Below are positions 10,266-19,634 of a stretch of DNA of 64,000 bases, piece after piece. Position numbers and translations under genes: made by a program. The DNA lies in NCBI GenBank assembly GCA_964514595.1, contig CAZEQZ010000002.1:118506-182505 (forward strand). Reading direction: 5' to 3'. Every line of letters starts with the position of its first letter. The first letter of the stretch is position 1. Source of the stretch: an uncultured Candidatus Saccharibacteria bacterium. GTDB lineage: Bacteria > Patescibacteriota > Dojkabacteria > SC72. A model generated the notes under the pieces. The model did not search any database, was not told where the DNA came from, and saw nothing but the letters and a program-made list of their open reading frames with translations.

Positions 10266-11084
10266 TCACTCTCTTCTATTAATCTCAACTATCTCTTCTT
10301 TGTTTGATATTGCCATGAGCATTTGTATAATAGTATTGAATGTTCTTAACAAATTACACAAGAATGGGTATTTCACTTTATTATTTACTAAAACTTTGTA
10401 TGATTCCCAGAAATTATTCCAATATCCTTTTATTCCTCCTGTACTTAACCCCCCCACCCTCATATATACAAAATAACCTTTGATATAGGAAAGTTTATAT
10501 CCTTTCTTTAAAAGTCTTAACATAAAATCAAAATCTGCAGCTATTCTATACTTTTGGTTGTAATAACCTAAATCTTTATAGATTTTCCTCCTTAAATACA
10601 ATGTAGGGAATGGTGGATGCCATGCTAAATTTCTTGAAAAAGGTCTAGCTAAAAATTTTCTCTTTGGTTTTCTCATAGTTTCTTTATCTAAAAACAACAA
10701 ATCACTATATACACCATCCACAGACTTCTCTTTAAATTTCTCACTTATAATTGAGAAAACATTTGAGTCGGAAAGCTTATCATCCGCATTTAAGAACCCA
10801 ATAACGTCCCCAGTTGCCACTTTTATTCCTTTATTCATAGCATCATATAAACCCTCATCTTTCTCTGAGTGATACCGCATCTTACCTCCAAAAAGACTTT
10901 TATATTTTTCTAGTATCTTCAAAGTTCCATCAGAAGACTTCCCGTCAACTATAATGTATTCATAATCTCCATAAGTTTGATTTAATACAGATTTCAATGT
11001 CTCCTCTATGGTCCCTTCAGAATTGTAACAAACCGTAATTAGAGATATTTTCATAAATACCTTAATAATATTATTTTTGTACAC
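10266..11084 (-). CDS. glycosyltransferase family 2
   Basis: 'ISLITVCYNSEGTIEETLKSVLNQTY...YIIVDGKSSDGT...FLNADD' GT2 signature. Confidence 0.8.
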   Translation of the reverse strand: MYKNNIIKVFMKISLITVCYNSEGTIEETLKSVLNQTYGDYEYIIVDGKSSDGTLKILEKYKSLFGGKMRYHSEKDEGLYDAMNKGIKVATGDVIGFLNADDKLSDSNVFSIISEKFKEKSVDGVYSDLLFLDKETMRKPKRKFLARPFSRNLAWHPPFPTLYLRRKIYKDLGYYNQKYRIAADFDFMLRLLKKGYKLSYIKGYFVYMRVGGLSTGGIKGYWNNFWESYKVLVNNKVKYPFLCNLLRTFNTIIQMLMAISNKEEIVEINRRE

Positions 11085-11093
11085 AATGTACTA

Positions 11094-11417
11094 TCAGGCT
11101 TTACTCTTAGCTATCTCCCTTACCAACTTAGTAATTTGTTTTTCTAACTTCTCTATCCTGCTATTTAACTTAAGATTGGTATAAAAGAGTACTATTATTG
11201 ATAAATATATTAAAACATCCACACCCCTACCTACCCCAACTATTTCTCCTAAGGTATCTAAAACATCAGGAGGCATCCATATTAAAAATAGAGATACTCC
11301 CCAAAAAAATAACCAAAAAACAACTTTAAATAAATCTGTTTTATCTTTAAATACTCTTATTAATAGTTGTGCTATAACTATTAATATTATCCCCGTAGCT
11401 ATATATTGTATTAACAT
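11094..11417 (-). CDS. small membrane protein, DUF2304-like (GT2-associated)
   Basis: 107 aa, 3 TM helices, charged coiled C-terminus; sits in the position typical of DUF2304 next to a Dpm1-like GT2. Confidence 0.45.
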   Translation of the reverse strand: MLIQYIATGIILIVIAQLLIRVFKDKTDLFKVVFWLFFWGVSLFLIWMPPDVLDTLGEIVGVGRGVDVLIYLSIIVLFYTNLKLNSRIEKLEKQITKLVREIAKSKA

Positions 11418-12103
11418 TAATCCTTTAATTTAGAAATTATTAACTTCCAAGCAATATTTAAACTATTAAATACACTCTGTCCTTTAGACATTGAATATTC
11501 TGTATAGTGTATTGTAACTGGAATCTCTGTATATTTTAAATTAAGTTTCTTTATCTTATCTAAAATCTCAGATGCATGCTCCATCCTATCATGCTGTATA
11601 TCCAACCTTTTAGCAGTATTAGCAGTCATAACTCTAAGACCATTATGAACATCTGTTAACCATATACCAGAGAGTAAGTATGTAAATATTATACCTCCCT
11701 TAAGTACAATTCTTTTCTTTAAAGGAATGTCATTCTCCCTTAGAAATCTCGAACCTAACACAATATCATATTTGCCTTTTATTAATTCTTCTAACATAGG
11801 ATCTAAATCATTTACATCATGTTGTCCGTCTGAATCAAAATGTACAATATATTTTGCACCCTTTTCTATGGCTATTTCCATGCCCGTTTGAATTGCAGCA
11901 CCCTGTCCCCTGTTGATTATATGTTTTGTAACTATGATATTTGTATTTTTCTTAACTACATCATAACCTAAATCCTTGCTCCCATCATCTACCACTACAA
12001 TATTTTTGTATCCTTTATTCTGCAAAGATTTGATGACTTTTAAAATCATCTTCTCATCATTGTACATTGGAATAGTTATATATACTTCAGATTTGTTTAT
12101 CAT
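11417..12103 (-). CDS. polyprenol-phosphate glycosyltransferase (GT2, Dpm1/GtrB-like, soluble type)
   Basis: 'ITIPMYNDEKMI...VVVDDGSKD...NRGQGAAIQTG...HFDSDGQHD' GT2 DXD signature, 228 aa. Confidence 0.7.
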   Translation of the reverse strand: MINKSEVYITIPMYNDEKMILKVIKSLQNKGYKNIVVVDDGSKDLGYDVVKKNTNIIVTKHIINRGQGAAIQTGMEIAIEKGAKYIVHFDSDGQHDVNDLDPMLEELIKGKYDIVLGSRFLRENDIPLKKRIVLKGGIIFTYLLSGIWLTDVHNGLRVMTANTAKRLDIQHDRMEHASEILDKIKKLNLKYTEIPVTIHYTEYSMSKGQSVFNSLNIAWKLIISKLKD

Positions 12104-12133
12104 AGTAGTAATTCTCTAATTCTAAAGATTATA

Positions 12134-13771
12134 TCACACCTTCTTAGGGTGGATTCTTAGTACTAACAAAACCATTATTGCTAAAACTACCTCTGGAAAA
12201 ACTATATATGCATACCTATCTATCACTGCCCCTGTAATTGCATGAAATACCGTATGAGAAAGACCAAATCCTAACAGAATGATTACCAAGTTAAAGTACT
12301 CTTTTGTTTTAGAATCTATACGCTTGAAGATGACTATGTACCTTATAGCCGCATAAATAAATAGGAATGGAAGCAGTATAAATAGAGCCTTAAAGAAATT
12401 TAAATGTAAAATAGAATATACTTCAAAAATATTTGACGAGAAAATTTCTTTATTGTTACTACTATATAGATTTTTTATATCACCGTATTGATAATCCTGA
12501 ATCCAAAGAAAATTGTCATCATTATACATATAACTCAAACCTATCGTTCTGTTTTCATGATGAAAATTTGTTATCTCTTTAATAGGATAATATGCACCTC
12601 TACTGTCCCTCCAACTTATATATACATTTATAGTAGCCAAATAATTGGAAAAATATGACTCCAAAACATAGATAGGATGTTTCTTAAATACTTTTAACCA
12701 AAAAGCCAGAGCATCATAGGTAGAAAAATTGTTCCCCTTATAGTACAAAACCATCTTATCAACCAAATTTCCCCTAGGAGACATAATTCTAACCACCCCG
12801 AAACTATCCGTACTGCCTCCTGACAATATATTTTGTATCTTGATCTTATCTTTATCAGAAACATATTGATCCTCTGAATAATCTTGGGCAGTAATATCTT
12901 CTAATTGACTTTCTAATCTCAAATTGCTAATTCCATTAATAATAGAATTACTTAATAGATGTTCATTTGTATAGCCCCTCTTTTCTGTTCTTCCGTGATA
13001 GTCCAAAAAAGAGTCCCACCCTCTTATACTCATAATCAAGGCGAATATGCACAGGAAGAAGGTTAGTAACCTTACGATTGCATCTTTCAAATTAAACCTG
13101 GTACATATGGAAAGCAGTATAGCAATAGGCAGTGAGAAGAGAACAGCTGTTACATACGGCTGTTTGAGAAACCAAAGAAATACCAATAGAAGTGCAAGAA
13201 GGACTGAAAAAAGTATATATTTCACTTTCTCTTTTCGGAAATCAATTTTTAACCATTTCCAACATAGAATGCAAGAAACAAAAACCAAAAATATACCTAC
13301 AAACTCTGTCAAGAAAGCGTGGAAATATCCAAACAGAATCGGATTGAACATGATTAAAAGTACAAAAAGGGAGAATACCAAAACCTTTCGTACTTTTTTA
13401 ACTTTAAATACTGCTAAGAGATTTCTTAGTACAAGATAGTAAGAGGTGATAAATCCGGTGAAGAATATATACGTAATTGTTAAGATACTTAACATACTAT
13501 TCCCCAAAACTAACGTACCTAAATAAATAATGACTGGGAAAGAAGGACCTCTAGTTATATTCCACGAAGAAATTGGCTTTATCCCATCAAAAATCTTTAA
13601 ATATATATAATAAAGTACAGAATCCGGCATTACAAAGAGAGGAACAGAAAAATAAGCTATCGTGAGTAATAACAAGAGAAGAAAAAAGACAAAAGAGAAG
13701 TCTGACACAATTATCCTCTTTATATTTTTGAAACTTTCCTTTAAAGATTTCTCCTTCATTTTCTCAAACAT
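12134..13771 (-). CDS. polytopic membrane protein, putative GT-C glycosyltransferase or polymerase
   Basis: 545 aa, at least 10 TM helices plus soluble C-terminal region; adjacent to a GT2/DUF2304 pair. Confidence 0.35.
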   Translation of the reverse strand: MFEKMKEKSLKESFKNIKRIIVSDFSFVFFLLLLLLTIAYFSVPLFVMPDSVLYYIYLKIFDGIKPISSWNITRGPSFPVIIYLGTLVLGNSMLSILTITYIFFTGFITSYYLVLRNLLAVFKVKKVRKVLVFSLFVLLIMFNPILFGYFHAFLTEFVGIFLVFVSCILCWKWLKIDFRKEKVKYILFSVLLALLLVFLWFLKQPYVTAVLFSLPIAILLSICTRFNLKDAIVRLLTFFLCIFALIMSIRGWDSFLDYHGRTEKRGYTNEHLLSNSIINGISNLRLESQLEDITAQDYSEDQYVSDKDKIKIQNILSGGSTDSFGVVRIMSPRGNLVDKMVLYYKGNNFSTYDALAFWLKVFKKHPIYVLESYFSNYLATINVYISWRDSRGAYYPIKEITNFHHENRTIGLSYMYNDDNFLWIQDYQYGDIKNLYSSNNKEIFSSNIFEVYSILHLNFFKALFILLPFLFIYAAIRYIVIFKRIDSKTKEYFNLVIILLGFGLSHTVFHAITGAVIDRYAYIVFPEVVLAIMVLLVLRIHPKKV

Positions 13772-14781
13772 TTTACAAAATATCTATCAAAATCCTTACA
13801 TTTCTCAACCCAAGACCATCCCTTAATACTATTTAAATTCTCTTCTGACAATTCTTTGAACAAACCTTTGTTCTCAAATAAATATACTAACTTTTCCTTA
13901 AGACACTCTTTACTCCTTTCTTCCAATATCATTTTCTTCTGTTTCTTACCAAACACATCAGGCACTATACCTACATCCGTAGATATTACAGGCACTCCAC
14001 ATGCCATAGATTCTAGTACAGGATTAGGAGTACCCTCTATCTTAGAGGGACATATATATACATCTATCTTAGAATAATAATCATTCATCTTGTCATGAGG
14101 GATCATTCTAATTACCCTGTCAGCAAAGTACTCCTCTATACCGTATCCTTCCCTCTTTAATTCCTCTAGCGCAGGTTTTAAGATAGTATGAACTCCTTTA
14201 AAATCTTCTATATCGCTAGTCCATTTACTATTTCCCGCCCACCCTATGACTATTTTCCTTGTAGATATAGTATCGAACCTTTTCAAATTCTTTGGGAAAA
14301 ACTTTTTCAAATCTACACCATCTGTCACCACCGCCTTTGGCCTTTTTATACCCTCAAGATTAGAATATATTTTATTTAATCTTTTTGAACATACATAATA
14401 GTTTTTAACATACTTCAAAACCTCCTTTGTCTGTGAAGCTTTATTATCCAAAAACAGGTGATCATAGACAGCTGTAGAAATATTTAAATTGGGCATCAAT
14501 TCTTTAATATATTCATCCGTCTCGCAAAAACCTAGCTTTTGTAGGTAGTCGTGAGTTGGATAATCATTTAACCAAAGTAGCTGACCTCTCCAAAAGAAGT
14601 GAACCACATCACAATCCTCAACCAAAAATAAAACCTTAATAATGTTATCTATCCCGTCCATAACTATATATTGAAAATCGTACTTGTGTCCTAAATTCTT
14701 AATAACTTGCCTAGCAATATTTGCAAAAGCCCAATTATCTACATCTACTACTAGGGCAATTCGGGGTTTCTTTGATTTCAT
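13756..14781 (-). CDS. glycosyltransferase (GT-B, GT4-like)
   Basis: C-terminal 'KIEGTPNPVLESMACGVPVISTDVG' GT4-type motif. Confidence 0.65.
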   Translation of the reverse strand: MKSKKPRIALVVDVDNWAFANIARQVIKNLGHKYDFQYIVMDGIDNIIKVLFLVEDCDVVHFFWRGQLLWLNDYPTHDYLQKLGFCETDEYIKELMPNLNISTAVYDHLFLDNKASQTKEVLKYVKNYYVCSKRLNKIYSNLEGIKRPKAVVTDGVDLKKFFPKNLKRFDTISTRKIVIGWAGNSKWTSDIEDFKGVHTILKPALEELKREGYGIEEYFADRVIRMIPHDKMNDYYSKIDVYICPSKIEGTPNPVLESMACGVPVISTDVGIVPDVFGKKQKKMILEERSKECLKEKLVYLFENKGLFKELSEENLNSIKGWSWVEKCKDFDRYFVKCLRK

Positions 14782-14997
14782 TTATTTTCTTCCTAAAATT
14801 TTACGAGAAAGTTTACTAAAGCCATGTGCTATTTTATATGACTTTGAATTCAAAATAACATTTAAATCTTTGAATAGTTTTTTAACATTCTTTCTTAATA
14901 ATTTGTTCTCCTTTTCCAAAATTACTAAGGTAGCTTTTAAATCCTCTATCTCTTTGTCTGTCATTTTTTTAGTCTTGATTGTACTCTTATTCCCCAT
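14782..14997 (-). CDS. small basic coiled-coil hypothetical protein
   Basis: 71-aa ORF filling the gap between two GT genes on the same strand; no recognisable domain. Confidence 0.25.
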   Translation of the reverse strand: MGNKSTIKTKKMTDKEIEDLKATLVILEKENKLLRKNVKKLFKDLNVILNSKSYKIAHGFSKLSRKILGRK

Positions 14998-14998
14998 T

Positions 14999-16807
14999 TT
15001 AACTATCTTTATTCAAAAATTTATTTAAACTCTCCTTAGCCTCTATATCATATTCATTCTTCCACTTTCTATACAACTCCATAATCTTACCCTTATTCTC
15101 TAAGCAATACATAATCTTTTCATATATAGATATTACATTATCTGCCTCATCCACTACTAAATAATCTCTTAATTCATGACCTTCCCAATAGTGATGATTA
15201 TTACCGGTTATACAAGGCACACCCAATTCAAAACTCTCTAAAGGTAACATAGGAGCACACTCTACGAATGTAACATACACATTAATATCATTACTCTTCA
15301 TTTTAGAAAAAAGTTCATCTCTACCTACTGGTTTAGTTGTTCCCGTTAAATTAAGATTAATCATATTAGCAAAATCATATACTCTATCACTTATAGGTAT
15401 ACACTCTACTACTGCATCCTTTACTAAACTAGTAGCAGATAGTTGATTGTAGAAATTCTTCACCCATCTATCGCCCGAAGCATACAAACCTATACGCACT
15501 GTATTAGTCTTTCCCCTCTCTTCTGGCTTAATCTCTTTCTTTCTATCTAATGTAAAATTATTCATTAAAAATTCTGTTTTGTATCCCTTTCTTTCATAAA
15601 ACTCTGCCATACTCTTCTTAACAAAACCCAAGCTAGATACTATGCCATCCTTGTACAAAGTGACTATCTCTTTAAACCTATACCAATCGTACTCCTCTAT
15701 ATGCATGCTATTACTACCATGCCATAACGTCTTTATTACAATTTCTTCATCAATCTCCTTTATCCTTCTTGCTAACTTTTCCCAACCAACTGCAAAGGCA
15801 CTAAACACAATCATCTTAGGTCTTTTATCACATATAATTTTTGCAATACTACTTACATACTTTGCTGAATGCAGCTCTTCAATCTCTATCACATTATCAA
15901 ACATTTCTTTAGTAGCGTATGTTGTACCTAACCATTTCGGATTACACGCCACTATAACCTGTCCTTCCTTGATCTCCTCCATTGTCCTTTCTATCTTCTC
16001 CTGTACTTTCTTTAAGTGTTTCAGATGTCTTATCTTATTTACTACCTTGGTAACAGGAAAAAACAAAACCTTGTATATACTTCTCAATATACCCTTAAAG
16101 ACCTTCAAAGTACTAATTATTGAATCCATTCTTTCTCTACCCAACATACGAAAGAGCTTGTTGTATATTTTGTCCTTCCCTGATGTCCAGCTAGCATCAT
16201 AGTAGTGGATCATACAGGTATTATCTGTGAACATATTGTCGTTATAGTCGTAATTAAGAGGATAGAAATACTCTCTAGTATATATCGTACCCCCATTTGC
16301 CAATTTTTGATTCTTAGAAGAATCGTTTTTCAAACCGTATTTCTTCTTTAACAGATCCGTGAGTAGGACTGGTATCGAGAATGAACCCATATTCTCAATA
16401 TCAAATGATATCTCTTCATATTTCTTCACTAAATCATTAATAATTGGGTTATTAGGATTTTTAGCTCCCAATGCCCCCACTGCAACATAATCCTTAGATT
16501 CCCAACCTGCAAAAAATTCTTCATCCTTAAGAAAATCTACATCCTTTACAACCATCATATCTGTATCAAAATATATCCCTCCATACTCTTTTAATGCATA
16601 TACTCTTGCTACATCAGAAACAAAAGCCCACTTCTTCTCTTCATATGCTTTTTTAGAAAATTCAGTAATATTCACATCAAAATTACTCTCATCCCATCTC
16701 CTTATCTCATAATCTGGGAAATACTTCTCCCAACTCTTTATACATTTCTTTGCTAATTTTGGTAAAGGCTTACCCCCAAACCAACAGTAATGAATAATTT
16801 TAGCCAT
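14999..16807 (-). CDS. two-domain glycosyltransferase: N-terminal GT32/capsule-synthesis (DXD sugar-binding) domain plus C-terminal domain of unknown function
   Basis: 'KIIHYCWFGGKPLPKLAKKCIKSWEKYFPDYEIRRWDESN' matches the Gly_transf_sug/Caps_synth N-terminal pattern; 602 aa. Confidence 0.6.
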   Translation of the reverse strand: MAKIIHYCWFGGKPLPKLAKKCIKSWEKYFPDYEIRRWDESNFDVNITEFSKKAYEEKKWAFVSDVARVYALKEYGGIYFDTDMMVVKDVDFLKDEEFFAGWESKDYVAVGALGAKNPNNPIINDLVKKYEEISFDIENMGSFSIPVLLTDLLKKKYGLKNDSSKNQKLANGGTIYTREYFYPLNYDYNDNMFTDNTCMIHYYDASWTSGKDKIYNKLFRMLGRERMDSIISTLKVFKGILRSIYKVLFFPVTKVVNKIRHLKHLKKVQEKIERTMEEIKEGQVIVACNPKWLGTTYATKEMFDNVIEIEELHSAKYVSSIAKIICDKRPKMIVFSAFAVGWEKLARRIKEIDEEIVIKTLWHGSNSMHIEEYDWYRFKEIVTLYKDGIVSSLGFVKKSMAEFYERKGYKTEFLMNNFTLDRKKEIKPEERGKTNTVRIGLYASGDRWVKNFYNQLSATSLVKDAVVECIPISDRVYDFANMINLNLTGTTKPVGRDELFSKMKSNDINVYVTFVECAPMLPLESFELGVPCITGNNHHYWEGHELRDYLVVDEADNVISIYEKIMYCLENKGKIMELYRKWKNEYDIEAKESLNKFLNKDS

Positions 16808-16925
16808 ATATATACTTGTACTATTTGATATATTTTGATTATGTTATCACATTTAAAACCAAATCTCTATATTGATATATTGGTATTTCTTGACCTTGTG
16901 TGTAGCAAAAGATAGAATTTCTGTT

Positions 16926-18107
16926 ATGAAGATACTGGTATGTAACACACTGGAGAAGAAAGGGGGAGCAGCAAGAAGTGCACGAAGAATTACAGAGTGT
17001 CTTAAACAGAATGGTATAGATGCTCAGTATCAGTACCTATACAAAGAAGAGCAGGAAAGAAAATCTCTAATACCAAAGATTGATGCCATACCCAAACTCC
17101 TTTCTTCTAAACAAAGAAAAACTCCCTTTAGCTCATCTCTCTTCTCTTTTGGGGGAAAGAAAATGGTAGAGAAATTAAACCCTGATATTTTGCACCTCAA
17201 TTATATTAATATGGGGATGTTTTCTATAAAGGAGATTGGAAACTTTAATATACCAATCGTATGGACTCTACACGATTCATGGACCTTTACGGGAGGTTGC
17301 CATCTACCTAATGATTGTATGAAATATACATCTAAGTGTAATAATTGTCCTGCATTAGGTTCAACAAGAAATTTTGATTTAAGTACATATATACTTTCCC
17401 AAAAAGAGAAACATTGGAGTGGAAAAAGCATTACTCTTGTATGCCCTAGTGAATGGTTAGCAAAGAAAGCCAAGGAGAGTAGATTGTTTAGGAATAGTGA
17501 AGTTTTAGTTATCCCCAATCCCATAGATACAAGCGTTTTTAAACCGTATGATAAGGAGGAGAGTAGGAAAAAATACAATCTTGAGAGTGACAAAAGATAT
17601 ATACTGTTTGGATCTGTTAATCCATTAAAAGACAGAAACAAGGGATTTCATTTTCTCAGAGATGCTCTTAAGAATTTTGATTTAGAAAATACTGAACTAT
17701 TAGTTTTTGGAACTGACCAAGAGGGTATAGATGTAGATATCCCGGTAAGGAGTGTGGGCTATATTGAAGAAGAAAAAGATTTAGCAATGCTATACTCAGC
17801 ATCAGATGTCACCATTATCTCGTCAATGTCAGAAAATCTCCCAAATGTTTTGATAGAGTCATTAGCATGTGGTACACCTTGTGTGGGTTTTGATGTAGGT
17901 GGAGTTCCTGAAATTATTAACAAGAAAGAATTGGGAGAAGTTGTAGAACCATTTGATACAAGGAAACTATCTGAAGCGATTAAGGTATGTCTTACGAGCA
18001 AAGAGAGATTTAGTAGAGAAGATCTTCATTTAGATATTGAACAGAGATACGGATACAAAGTAATTGCAGAAAAATATACAAAGCTATACGAAAGCCTATC
18101 CCTCTAG
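16926..18107 (+). CDS. glycosyltransferase family 4
   Basis: 'MKILVCNT...GGAAR' N-terminus and 'ENLPNVLIESLACGTPCVGFDVGGVPEII' GT4 motif; the track ORF starts 54 nt upstream, internal ATG at 16926 preferred. Confidence 0.75.
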   Translation: MKILVCNTLEKKGGAARSARRITECLKQNGIDAQYQYLYKEEQERKSLIPKIDAIPKLLSSKQRKTPFSSSLFSFGGKKMVEKLNPDILHLNYINMGMFSIKEIGNFNIPIVWTLHDSWTFTGGCHLPNDCMKYTSKCNNCPALGSTRNFDLSTYILSQKEKHWSGKSITLVCPSEWLAKKAKESRLFRNSEVLVIPNPIDTSVFKPYDKEESRKKYNLESDKRYILFGSVNPLKDRNKGFHFLRDALKNFDLENTELLVFGTDQEGIDVDIPVRSVGYIEEEKDLAMLYSASDVTIISSMSENLPNVLIESLACGTPCVGFDVGGVPEIINKKELGEVVEPFDTRKLSEAIKVCLTSKERFSREDLHLDIEQRYGYKVIAEKYTKLYESLSL

Positions 18108-18833
18108 ATATGCTTTTACAGCACCATCTATAGAATCATATTCATGAACCCTACCATCTTTAAGAAATACTGCTCTATCACAGAATCTCTCAACAGCACC
18201 AGGAGAGTGTGTTACTAATACTACAGTCTTACCTTTCTTTTTGTAACCCTTAAAGATATCAAAACACTTCTCCTGAAATGCTACATCTCCTACTGCTAAA
18301 ACCTCATCTAATATGTATATGTCTGCATCTGCCATGATGGCGATGGAGAATGCTAACCTCACTTGCATACCTGAAGAGAAATTCTTTAAGGTCATATCCA
18401 TAAATTTTTCTAGTTCTGCAAACTCCACTATCTCCTTGTATTTCTCTTTCAACATGGATTTTTTCATACCAAGTATTATTCCGTTAAGATACACATTCTC
18501 TCTTGCTGTAAGCTCTGGATTAAATCCTACTCCTAATTCTAAAAAAGGAACCATACTTCCATTTATCTTTACTTTTCCGCTTGTAGGTTCATATATACCT
18601 GCCATTATCTTTAGTAATGTAGATTTCCCACTACCATTCCTACCCATTATCCCAATAAATTCACCTGGATATATATCCAGATCAATATCCTTTAATACCT
18701 CATACTGTTCACCCTCTCTTTTGAATAGCTTCCACGGCTTAGTAGCATACTCGATGAAGGTATCATGTCTCTCATGAGGAAGGAAAAATGATTTCTTTAC
18801 GTTCCTAATTTGTATTACTGGTTTATTATCCAT
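18096..18833 (-). CDS. polysaccharide ABC exporter ATP-binding protein (Wzt/TagH/KpsT-like), no C-terminal carbohydrate-binding module
   Basis: Walker A 'GIMGRNGSGKST', ABC signature 'FSSGMQVRLAFS', Walker B 'IYILDE'; 245 aa. Confidence 0.85.
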   Translation of the reverse strand: MDNKPVIQIRNVKKSFFLPHERHDTFIEYATKPWKLFKREGEQYEVLKDIDLDIYPGEFIGIMGRNGSGKSTLLKIMAGIYEPTSGKVKINGSMVPFLELGVGFNPELTARENVYLNGIILGMKKSMLKEKYKEIVEFAELEKFMDMTLKNFSSGMQVRLAFSIAIMADADIYILDEVLAVGDVAFQEKCFDIFKGYKKKGKTVVLVTHSPGAVERFCDRAVFLKDGRVHEYDSIDGAVKAYLEG

Positions 18834-19597
18834 TAGAAATACTCCGCTATTTTAGAAACTCTACTCTTAAAGAAAATATTACCTAGTATAAATACCACTA
18901 GACATATTAAGAATACTATCCCAACTTGAAGAAAATCCTCTCCTCTCACTGTATCTCCAGTTATCAATCCCTTTCTTGCATATGTGAGGATTAAGGTTAA
19001 AGGATTAAGTTTAATATATCCTTGTAATCTCTCCGGTAACATTTCTAATGTGTAATATACGGGTGTCATCCAAAATACCAATTGCAAAATTACAATAGTA
19101 AGATTATGTATGTCTCTTAATTTTATATATATGATACTTAGGAATTGACCAATACCTAAGGTTAATACAAATATACTAAGAATACAGAAGAGAAAAAGAA
19201 GAAATCCTATGAAAGTTGTATGAATGGGAGTGAAGATACTAAATATTACGAATACTATCATATTAAAGAAGAAATCCAAGAATGAGACTGTTATCGAACT
19301 AAAGACTACTACTTCTCTAGGGAATTTAATCTTAAGTATTATTCCTGCCTTATTCATCATGGAAGTAAGACCCATTAATACTGCTTCACTAAACATATTC
19401 ATAATGATGATACCTAATAGTAATCCCATCTTATATGACTCATCCATCCGGAATATGTTTGACCATATGAGATATATAACCCCAAACATAGCTAAAGGTT
19501 TGAGTATTATCCATACTATACCTAAATATGAATTCTTGTATCTCAGTTTGAAATCTGTCCCTATAAATTGTGATAGTAGCTCTATATAGTTAAACAT
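18833..19597 (-). CDS. ABC-2 type polysaccharide exporter permease (Wzm/TagG-like)
   Basis: 254 aa, 6 TM helices, ABC-2 family organisation; 1-nt overlap with the ATPase gene. Confidence 0.75.
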   Translation of the reverse strand: MFNYIELLSQFIGTDFKLRYKNSYLGIVWIILKPLAMFGVIYLIWSNIFRMDESYKMGLLLGIIIMNMFSEAVLMGLTSMMNKAGIILKIKFPREVVVFSSITVSFLDFFFNMIVFVIFSIFTPIHTTFIGFLLFLFCILSIFVLTLGIGQFLSIIYIKLRDIHNLTIVILQLVFWMTPVYYTLEMLPERLQGYIKLNPLTLILTYARKGLITGDTVRGEDFLQVGIVFLICLVVFILGNIFFKSRVSKIAEYF

Positions 19598-19634
19598 GTC
19601 TATAGATTATATTTACTAATATTCCATTTGGCAA

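Noticed and set aside
16872-16925. Upstream extension of the GT4 ORF ('MIYWYFLTLCVAKDRISV')
   Set aside because: It is hydrophobic junk with no RBS context. The internal 'MKILVCNT' start matches GT4 N-termini.
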